Origin: a virus
Lineage: Duplodnaviria; Caudoviricetes
Length of the DNA stretch: 26,960 bases
IMG/VR virus record: IMGVR_UViG_3300017910_000383
Coordinates: 1 to 26,960 of that record
Direction: 5' to 3' (one strand)
Below are positions 1 to 6,982 of the stretch, piece after piece. The notes under the pieces are model-generated. The model searched no databases. It saw only the letters and a list, made by a program, of their open reading frames with translations, and had not been told where the DNA came from. How positions within the stretch are numbered: the first letter of the stretch is position 1; each line of letters begins with the position of its first letter. The translations under genes and the position numbers were made by a program.

Positions 1-55
1 CAACGACAAAACTCGGATAGTGGGTCGTGATCCGCACACGATATTGTTTTTTCAT
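1..55 (-). CDS. Partial hypothetical protein (MKKQYRVRITTHYPSFVV...), runs off the left edge
   Basis: ATG at 55 overlaps the stop of the previous gene (ATGA), purine-rich GAAGAGGG upstream, frame open to the edge. Confidence 0.55.
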   Translation of the reverse strand, partial: MKKQYRVRITTHYPSFVV

Positions 56-312
56 TCCGAAACCCTCTTCAGTTCTTTTGCAAGTTCCCACATATCAGAA
101 CAGTTTAAGACGGCTTTCAGTTCGTCCACGTAATTTTTCTTGTCCGCCATGTATTCTTCAAATTCTTCTTCAGTATCGAAGCATTTAGTGCCATTGGTAA
201 CCGTGTTGATACCGTCAAGATCGGTAATACTACGGTGCCACTTCATATCTTCCAAAGACGCTTCGGTGTAATACAAGGCAATTATTAACAAACGCCGTGT
301 TTCTGTATCCAT
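52..312 (-). CDS. Hypothetical early phage protein (likely start MDTETRR)
   Basis: ORF track 52..342. Start moved to the ATG at 312, which follows the SD-like GGGAG and lies just downstream of the promoter at 344-372. Confidence 0.75.
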   Translation of the reverse strand: MDTETRRLLIIALYYTEASLEDMKWHRSITDLDGINTVTNGTKCFDTEEEFEEYMADKKNYVDELKAVLNCSDMWELAKELKRVSE

Positions 313-343
313 TTCAATACTCCCGTTCGTTGATTGAAACACT

Positions 344-372
344 AAGATATGCGTTTATCGCATACTTGTCAA
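344..372 (-). promoter_or_regulatory. sigma70-type promoter TTGACA-N17-TATCTT containing the inverted repeat TATGCG-N5-CGCATA (348-364)
   Basis: Perfect -35, 17-nt spacer, 4/6 -10. It lies immediately after a terminator and before a gene with an RBS. Confidence 0.8.
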
Positions 373-383
373 CCCTTACATAT

Positions 384-427
384 AAAAAAATCCCCGAGGG
401 CCATAGGGGTAGCACCACGGGGATTTT
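384..427 (-). terminator. Intrinsic terminator (AAAATCCCCG/CGGGGATTTT stem plus U-tract)
   Basis: 10-bp inverted repeat at 387-396/418-427 and an A7 run at 384-390, downstream of the 463..663 stop. Confidence 0.75.
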
Positions 428-462
428 CGGAGTCAACTACGGGAATAGTTGTATGTCGAGAA

Positions 463-663
463 TCATGATAGTGACTTATCAGATGATTGCAACCTTTTTC
501 TTTCACTTTCTCTGGCCAGTTCACCGACTAGCCTTGCAAATTCACCAAGCTCCTCTCGGTTTGCAAGGTAGCCGCGTCCTCCAATACCCTCCATGCAGAG
601 TGTGAAATCTTCATCGCGGACGATGCCCGCTTTGTATGCGAGGTCATGAACAAGGTCAGACAT
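463..663 (-). CDS. Hypothetical protein, 66 aa
   Basis: ORF with AGAG/GGTAGAG upstream, overlapping the previous stop. Confidence 0.7.
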   Translation of the reverse strand: MSDLVHDLAYKAGIVRDEDFTLCMEGIGGRGYLANREELGEFARLVGELARESERKRLQSSDKSLS

Positions 664-787
664 TGTCTCTACCGCGCAGTGTTATCTCTAACCATATCGC
701 TCGATCTTCAGCCTTCTTTGCTTTTTTATATAGGCGTTTGGCCTTGGCATTCAAGTAACGCAAGTACCAACGTTTAAGAGCGATCAC
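656..787 (-). CDS. Small basic hypothetical protein (likely GTG start at 787, 43 aa)
   Basis: ORF track 656..913. AGAGG lies 8 nt before the GTG at 787, and this start removes a 140-nt overlap with the upstream gene. Confidence 0.55.
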   Translation of the reverse strand: MIALKRWYLRYLNAKAKRLYKKAKKAEDRAIWLEITLRGRDNV

Positions 788-1091
788 GCTTTTTGCCTCT
801 GGACGGCGCGGTGTGCTTGTATAAACCACTGATGGTTTTTTCTTTTTTACCAATTTTAGATTGCCGAACTTTTTCGCCACGACGTGCATTGATTGCGTTA
901 TTGCCTTCCACATTTCTGCAATTTAACTCCGCTACTAGCATGTCCTTTTTCGGGATGTAGGACGTGTTAAGCACATAATACTTGTTCTTTCTACTTTTGA
1001 ACATGCGGTGCGTGAGTCCTGATCCGCGGACTAGGAAGTCCAGTTCGTCCATCGCGTCCAGTGGATTGTCGAACAATGTTGCGTTAGTCAT
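774..1091 (-). CDS. Hypothetical protein, 105 aa
   Basis: ORF coupled to the RHH gene by an 8-nt overlap. Confidence 0.7.
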   Translation of the reverse strand: MTNATLFDNPLDAMDELDFLVRGSGLTHRMFKSRKNKYYVLNTSYIPKKDMLVAELNCRNVEGNNAINARRGEKVRQSKIGKKEKTISGLYKHTAPSRGKKRDRS

Positions 1092-1281
1092 AGACGTTTA
1101 TCCGGCGGTGATCTTTTTTAGTTCCGTATCGATGTTGCTTGTCGAAGCCCTGCTCGATGTACGTTTCAAAAATCAGGCGCAGTTGTCCGGAGATGGTTCT
1201 GCCATCTTTCTGAGCGAGAGCCTTGATTTCCTCGTATACATCACGGGGAACAAGCACACTTTTCCAACGTTGTGTATCCAT
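1084..1281 (-). CDS. Ribbon-helix-helix (Arc/CopG-like) DNA-binding protein, 65 aa
   Basis: Strong RBS AAGGAGG before the ATG at 1281. WKSVLVP (alternating beta strand), RDVYEEIKALAQKD (helix), G-R-T-I-S turn and GQLRLIFETY (helix) fit the RHH pattern. Confidence 0.75.
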   Translation of the reverse strand: MDTQRWKSVLVPRDVYEEIKALAQKDGRTISGQLRLIFETYIEQGFDKQHRYGTKKDHRRINVYD

Positions 1282-1296
1282 AGGCCCCTCCTTATC

Positions 1297-1329
1297 TGCG
1301 ATTATATGCGAATCTATGCGAACATACAA
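1297..1329 (-). promoter_or_regulatory. Promoter TTGTAT-N17-TATAAT with three TCGCA repeats at 10-bp spacing (putative RHH operator)
   Basis: -35 at 1329-1324 and -10 at 1306-1301. TGCGA occurs on the + strand at 1297, 1307 and 1317. Confidence 0.8.
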
Positions 1330-1330
1330 T

Positions 1331-1372
1331 AAAAAAGGCCGTCTTTCACGCAACTCATATGAAAGACGGCCT
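1331..1372 (-). terminator. Intrinsic terminator, 13-bp stem plus U-tract
   Basis: AGGCCGTCTTTCA (1336-1348) / TGAAAGACGGCCT (1360-1372), with an A-run at 1331-1336. Confidence 0.85.
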
Positions 1373-1555
1373 ACCTATTCCGGAAATTACACTCTTATGA
1401 TTACGGGACCTCGTTTTGACTAACAATGACTATGGTCGTTTAAATCAAACACTAGAGGATAGTCATTGAAAGCATTTCCGGCCGTTCACAGGCGGTTATC
1501 CCTGTGTTGGAAATTGCCTTGGCCTTATCAGCAAGGCAAGTGGTCCCAACCTCTA
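1331..1555 (-). ncRNA. Putative ~225-nt structured noncoding RNA (family not recognised)
   Basis: Bounded by its own promoter and terminator, no credible ORF inside, and five stems of 5-10 bp in addition to the terminator (see findings). Confidence 0.65.
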
Positions 1556-1560
1556 CAGAA

Positions 1561-1589
1561 AGTAAACCACTGGTATGCGACATTGTCAA
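1561..1589 (-). promoter_or_regulatory. sigma70-type promoter TTGACA-N17-(TGG)TTTACT with TGTCGCATA motif
   Basis: The 16-mer TTGACAATGTCGCATA is identical to that at 2731-2746. It sits right after a terminator. The -10 is weak. Confidence 0.65.
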
Positions 1590-1607
1590 ACTAAACTTTA
1601 GTCTAAT

Positions 1608-1631
1608 AAAAAAGCCGCCCGAAGGCGGCTT
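1608..1631 (-). terminator. Intrinsic terminator, cUUCGg tetraloop hairpin plus U6
   Basis: AAGCCGCC-TTCG-GGCGGCTT followed by Ts on the minus strand, directly after the stop at 1636. Confidence 0.85.
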
Positions 1632-1635
1632 CTTC

Positions 1636-1851
1636 TTAGTCTTCAAGCCTAATTCGCATCCTTTTAATTACTTCAAGAATGTTTAGGCAGTCTGTATAGA
1701 CTTCTTCCAACGGTTCCAGTTCTGCATACTCTTCCCAGATTGGTGGACCGAGGGGTAACCCGTCGGACGACGCTCCAGTCTGGTCAAGTGAACCGGCAAT
1801 ATCTTTTACTTTCTTCTCGATTTGATCGAGCCACATGATTTCTATATCCAT
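1636..1851 (-). CDS. Hypothetical acidic protein, 71 aa
   Basis: ORF with AGGGGG upstream, followed by a terminator. Confidence 0.75.
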   Translation of the reverse strand: MDIEIMWLDQIEKKVKDIAGSLDQTGASSDGLPLGPPIWEEYAELEPLEEVYTDCLNILEVIKRMRIRLED

Positions 1852-2084
1852 GCTTCTTTCCCCCTTCTGTCTTCAGTAGTGTCCAACCAATGCTCACGCA
1901 CAGCAGGTAGCTTCCTGATGACTGCTTGTTCTGCTGGTGTCCAATCCCAAAGATTCTCGTCAAACTCTAGTAAGTCCTCAACCATTCCTGAACCGGCACC
2001 TTCGCCAAACACTCGTGTTAAAACACTCATTTCGGTATCGCTCAAGTTGATGCGATAACCTTTTTTTAGTCTTGTTACTTTCAT
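1842..2084 (-). CDS. Hypothetical protein, 80 aa
   Basis: ORF with AGGGGA RBS. Confidence 0.75.
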   Translation of the reverse strand: MKVTRLKKGYRINLSDTEMSVLTRVFGEGAGSGMVEDLLEFDENLWDWTPAEQAVIRKLPAVREHWLDTTEDRRGKEAWI

Positions 2085-2105
2085 TACTTATCCCCTATTA
2101 GAAGT

Positions 2106-2123
2106 GCCGCCCCGAAGGGCGGC
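2106..2123 (-). other. Intercistronic GC-rich cUUCGg hairpin (mRNA stabiliser or weak terminator)
   Basis: GCCGCCC-TTCG-GGGCGGC with no real U-tract after it. Confidence 0.6.
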
Positions 2124-2129
2124 GGTTGA

Positions 2130-2648
2130 TTAAACACTTAGCTCTCTTTCAATCTCACGCAACTTGTCGTAGACCTCATCCCATCCAAGACAGAACTTTT
2201 CATCGTCCCAACCTTCGTACTCAATCCAGTACGCTCGGTTGTCACCAAGATCATCAATGATGATTTCAATCCCCAACTTTTTAGCGAGCCGTTTGGCTTT
2301 ACCGTAGTAAGGGTCGTACTTTCGCTTGGTCTTTTTTGGCGTGAACGCCTTATCTAAGACAGGCATACCTGAGAACAGCCAACTAATATCTTCACGAACC
2401 GTCACGCCAAACTTAGCGTCGTATTTCTGGTTAGTCTTTTTCGCATGTTCTCTTGCTTCAGCAAACGTCTTAAACTTTTCCCGAAAAACAAACCCATCGG
2501 CCTTCATTGCGGCCATTCCTTTGCGGTAAATCTCTCGATCTTTTTGATTCTTCCGATTGCTCTCGCTAGAGAGAACGAAATACTCGTTTCCTTTTAAGAC
2601 GTAAGATGGTTCGACAACGTCAAGTTTCGACTTGCGTAGCTTGGTCAT
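2130..2648 (-). CDS. Hypothetical basic protein, 172 aa
   Basis: ORF with GGGAGG RBS, first gene after the promoter at 2718-2746. Confidence 0.8.
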   Translation of the reverse strand: MTKLRKSKLDVVEPSYVLKGNEYFVLSSESNRKNQKDREIYRKGMAAMKADGFVFREKFKTFAEAREHAKKTNQKYDAKFGVTVREDISWLFSGMPVLDKAFTPKKTKRKYDPYYGKAKRLAKKLGIEIIIDDLGDNRAYWIEYEGWDDEKFCLGWDEVYDKLREIERELSV

Positions 2649-2717
2649 AATGACCTCCCGTATTTGACTCAGTTAATTGTTAAACATCAATGAGTTGGGG
2701 CTACCAACTCATCTGAC

Positions 2718-2746
2718 ATGATAAATCATATATGCGACATTGTCAA
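2718..2746 (-). promoter_or_regulatory. sigma70-type promoter TTGACA-N17-TATCAT with TGTCGCATA motif; 9-bp 5' leader hairpin at 2690-2712
   Basis: Perfect -35, 17-nt spacer, 5/6 -10. ATGAGTTGG/CCAACTCAT hairpin at the predicted start site. Confidence 0.85.
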
Positions 2747-2767
2747 GGATTAAAGATAAACCAATGT

Positions 2768-2806
2768 GGTATTAGTCCCATACCAATATGATATTGGTCT
2801 AATACC
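2768..2806. repeat. Interrupted palindrome between divergent promoters
   Basis: GGTATTAG-[TCCCAT]-ACCAATAT-G-ATATTGGT-CTAATACC, giving 8+8 bp arms with a 6-nt bulge. Confidence 0.75.
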
Positions 2807-2807
2807 G

Positions 2808-2832
2808 TATGCGACTTTAGCAATGTTATAAT
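2808..2832 (+). promoter_or_regulatory. Extended -10 promoter (TGtTATAAT) with an upstream TATGCGAC motif
   Basis: TG at 2824-2825, TATAAT at 2827-2832, TATGCGAC at 2808-2815. Confidence 0.7.
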
Positions 2833-2858
2833 GACCTTTCCAAAAAAGGAGGAACACA

Positions 2859-3068
2859 ATGGAAATCACTACGGAAGTAAAAGTCAAAAGTCCTTACCTG
2901 ACTTTCGACAGGGCGACAGGAACGTACACGTTCAAAGCCGAGCGGGAATACAAGTCGGGCAGGCTAACTCGAAAGTACCTGACTGCCGAAGAAGCGATTC
3001 ATCAAGTTCGCAAGTACGAAGCGGCCAAGGAACAACTCAGGCCAGAAGAAAAACTGGTAACTTTCTAA
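2859..3068 (+). CDS. Small hypothetical protein, 69 aa; lone plus-strand early gene
   Basis: Perfect RBS AAGGAGG and its own promoter. Confidence 0.8.
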   Translation: MEITTEVKVKSPYLTFDRATGTYTFKAEREYKSGRLTRKYLTAEEAIHQVRKYEAAKEQLRPEEKLVTF

Positions 3069-3095
3069 AAAATAAGATCCTGGGATTTGTCCCAC

Positions 3096-3119
3096 AAAAA
3101 AGCCGCCCCGAGGGGCGGC
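3096..3119 (-). terminator. Intrinsic terminator of the replication operon
   Basis: GCCGCCC-CTCG-GGGCGGC plus T6 on the minus strand, about 40 nt after the polymerase stop. Confidence 0.85.
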
Positions 3120-3157
3120 ATGATGAGGGAGTAGTCGTCATGAAAAAAGCAGGTAGC

Positions 3158-5050
3158 TTACTCTGCTTCTCCCCAACTAGGCCCGATTTCGACATCGCAC
3201 TTGTTGGGTACTTCTAACGGTACAGCAGACTCCATCACCTTTGCAATTTGCAGTGCATCATTTTTATCCTCCACAGACATCGCCAGTTCATCGTGAACCT
3301 GTATCAACGGTAGGCGTCCCATCTTGTATAAGTTAACCATCGCCTGCTTGGTCATGTCGGCCGCAGACGCTTGTATCAACCTGTTCAGAGCTTTGTATGT
3401 GTACGCCCGTTTCAGCCGCGTCGTGTCGCCGTACTCCTTGACAGCTTCACGGTAGGGCAGAGCTTTGTTCATAGAAAAACTGTCTGGCTCCCACAGATCA
3501 AACCGACACTTGCGGCCCAGTAAGGATCGAATCGAGCCCGACGCATCTTTCTCGTTTAACCTGTTCATCACGCCCTGCATCAGACCTTTCACGAAGGGCA
3601 CCCGCTCGTGATACTGGTTAATTAGTTTCTTAGCGTCGTCCACTGGAATATCTAACTGATCGGATAGCTTATTGACCCCCATGCCATACATCATGCCAAG
3701 GTTGATTGTCTTGGCTTGCTTACGGCCGATGTTGGCCATCTCAGCTACCATCGTATGGAAGTCAGTGTCCGGATCGTCGTTGTACCGTTGCACGAAGTCT
3801 TTGGCCCCCTGTAGCGGGATCCCTCGCGCTTTGCCGTAGACGTGCGCGTAATGAACCAAGATCCGTGGTTCCTGTTGCGAGAAATCTATTGCCGCCCACT
3901 GCTCACCTTCTTCCGGCAGGAACAGACTGCGAATCATTGGCCCCAGTTCTGGGTCGCGAGCCGGTATCTGTTGCAGATTGGGGTTGGCCATCGACAGACG
4001 GCCTGAGACGGTCCCGCCGTCGTCAGATCGGTTCTGATTGATGTGCCCGTGAATGCGTCCGTCCTTGCCGCAATATTTTAAAATGTTACTGATGAACGTG
4101 CCTGACGTCTTATTCAGGTTACGTGCTTCGACGATCAGCTTTGCGAATGGATGTTGTTGCTCCGCAAGGAACGTCTTCGTGAACGAAGGCGAGCCTTTCT
4201 CCGTTTTAGGATACGCAAGCCCGATTTCGTCGAATGCTTTGGATAGTGATTGTGCCGCCCAGATTTCAACGCCGAACCCCGCTAGTTTTTTTATTTCTTT
4301 ATGTACCTTGTTCTCACGTTTGAGTAACGCGTCACGGGTACGCTCAGTTCTGTCCATGTCTATCCGTACACCGCGGTAGGTCATTTCGATCAGACAAGGC
4401 AGTAGGTCTAGTTCCAGATTGACGATGTCCCACAGCCCCTGCTTGCCAACTTCCACGCTCATGTAATTCCAAAGTTCCAGAGCGAGCTTTGCGTCTACTT
4501 CGGCATACGGTCCAACATACATGGCCGGCATCTTCCACATCTCTGCTTTCGGGTCGAGCCCGAAGGTACGTGCCGCTTCTACCAGATCTTTCTCAGATTT
4601 AGTTTTGCCCAGTAGGTCAAAGGCCAGTGCATTGAGGCTATAGCTGAACCTGTTCTCGTCTAGCAGACTGCCGACTAGCATGGTGTCGATCAGCCGGCCG
4701 TTAAGTGTGAAGCCTTCGCGCTTGATCCAACCGGCGTCGTACTGCGCGTTGTGCATAATTTTGTCGCACGGCAGTTCAAAAACTTTTTGTAGCCACTTGC
4801 TTACAATCCGTTTGTCTAAATTACCTCCGCCTTTATGCCCTACAGGAATATAGCCAGACCAGTTCTCGGTCGCGACGGCGTAGCCGACAATTTCACCGTT
4901 ACCAGTCGCCCAACCCGCGCCCATCGTTTTAAGATCAGGGTCGCGTGTTTCGACGTCGATGGCGATCTGCTTGGCAGAACTCAGGTCGGGTAGCTCGGCC
5001 GGCGGCACCCATTCAGTCTTCGGCGTAAACATCGCCATTTGTAAGCTCAT
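3158..5050 (-). CDS. polA: Phage family A DNA polymerase (3'-5' exonuclease plus polymerase domains, no 5'-3' exonuclease)
   Basis: ExoI DVET, ExoII HNAQYD and ExoIII YAEVD; TVSGRLSMANPNLQQIP; motif A DFSQQEPR; motif B RKQAKTINLGMMYG; motif C QVHDEL. Confidence 0.97.
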   Translation of the reverse strand: MSLQMAMFTPKTEWVPPAELPDLSSAKQIAIDVETRDPDLKTMGAGWATGNGEIVGYAVATENWSGYIPVGHKGGGNLDKRIVSKWLQKVFELPCDKIMHNAQYDAGWIKREGFTLNGRLIDTMLVGSLLDENRFSYSLNALAFDLLGKTKSEKDLVEAARTFGLDPKAEMWKMPAMYVGPYAEVDAKLALELWNYMSVEVGKQGLWDIVNLELDLLPCLIEMTYRGVRIDMDRTERTRDALLKRENKVHKEIKKLAGFGVEIWAAQSLSKAFDEIGLAYPKTEKGSPSFTKTFLAEQQHPFAKLIVEARNLNKTSGTFISNILKYCGKDGRIHGHINQNRSDDGGTVSGRLSMANPNLQQIPARDPELGPMIRSLFLPEEGEQWAAIDFSQQEPRILVHYAHVYGKARGIPLQGAKDFVQRYNDDPDTDFHTMVAEMANIGRKQAKTINLGMMYGMGVNKLSDQLDIPVDDAKKLINQYHERVPFVKGLMQGVMNRLNEKDASGSIRSLLGRKCRFDLWEPDSFSMNKALPYREAVKEYGDTTRLKRAYTYKALNRLIQASAADMTKQAMVNLYKMGRLPLIQVHDELAMSVEDKNDALQIAKVMESAVPLEVPNKCDVEIGPSWGEAE

Positions 5051-5346
5051 TCTTTATCCTTCATATCATCGACAGCGTCGAAAAAGTTATCTGCAATCTC
5101 GCCGCCTAAAGCCGCGTATCCCGCAATATCTGTCCAAGAGTCCTTATGATCGGGCACTCGACACAAGCGACTCATTTTGACTGCGATCATGCACAGCACC
5201 ACCTCTTCTGGCCGCACGTCAACATTCAGAATTGCTGACCACATATCTGCAATGCGTTGATGGTTGGTGAGCGGATCACCGTAAACCTCGTCGCGTAAAG
5301 CAGAAATCATTTCTTCTGCGTCTCTCAACACTTCTTCGCGGTTCAT
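5047..5346 (-). CDS. Conserved phage protein, DUF6378-like (possible nucleotide pyrophosphohydrolase-related)
   Basis: R..VYGDP..NHQRIA.MWS...V.LCM...KMSR......DSWTDIAGYAALGGE pattern recalled for this family. The ATG at 5346 overlaps the upstream stop. Confidence 0.7.
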   Translation of the reverse strand: MNREEVLRDAEEMISALRDEVYGDPLTNHQRIADMWSAILNVDVRPEEVVLCMIAVKMSRLCRVPDHKDSWTDIAGYAALGGEIADNFFDAVDDMKDKE

Positions 5347-5474
5347 ATCCACATCCTCCGAATCTCAAACTTACCCTCAAAAAGACGCTGTATCTTTTTT
5401 AGCTGTTCTTCTGCCTCTTTCAGTGTTGAAAAGGTGTACCAACACTTGTTGTCGTACCAAATCTCAAACTTCAT
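5343..5474 (-). CDS. Small hypothetical protein, 43 aa (MKFEIWYDNKCWYTFSTLKEAEEQLKKIQRLFEGKFEIRRMWI), not in the ORF track
   Basis: Fills the gap exactly with ATGA overlaps at both ends; AAGGAG upstream. Confidence 0.75.
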   Translation of the reverse strand: MKFEIWYDNKCWYTFSTLKEAEEQLKKIQRLFEGKFEIRRMWI

Positions 5475-6982
5475 AACTCGTAGCTCCTTGATACGTCTTC
5501 CGGTTCAACAATAAACAGGTTTTCTCTAGCTCGTGTGACACCAACATAAAACACGCGGTGTAGGTCGTCTGGATTGCTTCGTGCCGCTTTCTCTGCGGCT
5601 GGAGATAAATCTGTAAAAAGTACAACATTATCTGCCTCCCCACCCTTTGACCCGTGGATCGTGGACACCGTAATGCGGGGCTCGCCATTGAACTTCTCAC
5701 CACGACGCAGTAGCGCAATGATGTACGCACGATCCTGCTCCGGCAGTTTGTCCATCGCGACGTGCCAGATCATCTCTTTGTCAGCATTTAAGCCGTGATC
5801 CGCAATCAGTGTATTGAGGTCAATCAGATCCTCATCCAGAACCGCAGGCAGTTTCTTAAACCCACGCGTGATGCGATCCTTCGCGCTCATAAAACTGTAG
5901 ATGTTACGCGCCGTCTTGCCTGATACCTCACGGCCTTTGCGTAACGCCTCCCAACCATTGACGGCGTCAGCTACTTTTTCAGAAATAGAACGGTGCCCGC
6001 GATAGTTGAACAGGTAACCGTTTGACTTGAGATCTTTAGCTACGGGCGTCAACTGATAGCCGGCCTGCGACAGTATGAGCCATGAGCCCTCCGCCATGTC
6101 TACGCCGTCAATAGTCGATACACGAAGCACCTTGCCGCAATCTGCTTTGGGGTTATACCGTTTAGGAAACCGGCGCGAGATTCGTTTGCTGATGTTCTCA
6201 GCAACGCTATGTATCTCTTGCGGTATTCGGAAGGACGTTTCTAATATCTCAGAACCACCGTCCAGATTAATGAAATGATCGACGTCGGCTCCTGCCCAAC
6301 GGTAGATAGCTTGATCGTCATCCCCCGCGCAGTACATCTTATCGGACATATCATCGAGGATATGCGCGATGTCCCACTGTAACGGTGATAAGTCCTGCGC
6401 TTCGTCAAGAAACGTCAGCTTAAACCGGTGCTTAAACGTCGGTGCCTGATGCACAAACAACTCAAGCATATCTGTGAAATCATGGAGCTTGTACATCTTC
6501 TTGTATTTACGCAGTGACTCATCCACATAACGGACGGTATTCCAGTCTGTCTCTAGTTCGCTCTCGTTATATTGCTGACGCAGGTCAACCTTGCGTAGTC
6601 GAGCTAAGTTAATCAGCCCAAGCAACGGGTCGGCCGTTTTAGCTAGTTCGATGAAATCATCGTCTATCTGATTCTGCCCAAATAGCTCCACGCCAATGGC
6701 ATGACTGAGTTCTTTATAATGTTCACGTTGCATGATCTGATCCGACTGTATGTCGGTCATGGCTAACGCAAGCGAGTGAAGCGTCCGAAAGAACATTAGA
6801 TCTTCCTTGGGGTCGAGCCCAAAGCGATCAGCCGCACGTTCCTTGGCTTCAGTTGCCGCTTTTTTGGTAAACGCTAGAAAGGCTATTTCCTGTGGCTGTA
6901 CACCAGATTCAAACGCCTTGTCTACCATGTTTAGCAGTGTCGTTGTTTTTCCGGTTCCCGGCGGCCCGAATATCCTGAACAT
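5471..6982 (-). CDS. Superfamily 1 (UvrD/Rep-like) DNA helicase
   Basis: GPPGTGKTT, AFTKKAA, DEAQD, GDDDQAIYRW, STIHGSKGGE, FYVGVTRA. Confidence 0.95.
   Translation of the reverse strand: MFRIFGPPGTGKTTTLLNMVDKAFESGVQPQEIAFLAFTKKAATEAKERAADRFGLDPKEDLMFFRTLHSLALAMTDIQSDQIMQREHYKELSHAIGVELFGQNQIDDDFIELAKTADPLLGLINLARLRKVDLRQQYNESELETDWNTVRYVDESLRKYKKMYKLHDFTDMLELFVHQAPTFKHRFKLTFLDEAQDLSPLQWDIAHILDDMSDKMYCAGDDDQAIYRWAGADVDHFINLDGGSEILETSFRIPQEIHSVAENISKRISRRFPKRYNPKADCGKVLRVSTIDGVDMAEGSWLILSQAGYQLTPVAKDLKSNGYLFNYRGHRSISEKVADAVNGWEALRKGREVSGKTARNIYSFMSAKDRITRGFKKLPAVLDEDLIDLNTLIADHGLNADKEMIWHVAMDKLPEQDRAYIIALLRRGEKFNGEPRITVSTIHGSKGGEADNVVLFTDLSPAAEKAARSNPDDLHRVFYVGVTRARENLFIVEPEDVSRSYEL

Noticed and set aside
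1514-1539. CUGAUAA in the ncRNA resembling a hammerhead core
   Set aside because: It deviates from CUGANGA and I could not build the GAAA and stem I-III arrangement.
1452-1686. ORFs 1452..1646 (-) and 1504..1686 (+)
   Set aside because: Both cross a terminator and a promoter and lack an RBS. KKPP(S/E)GGFF is just the translated terminator hairpin.
1608-3119. Three similar GCCGCC-N4-GGCGGC elements as a CRISPR-like or mobile repeat
   Set aside because: Irregular spacing, and each lies right after a stop codon. They are ordinary tetraloop terminator or stabiliser hairpins.
2831-3217. 128-aa plus-strand ORF
   Set aside because: It starts inside the -10 box, has no RBS and runs through a terminator. 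The nested 2859..3068 frame has the perfect RBS.
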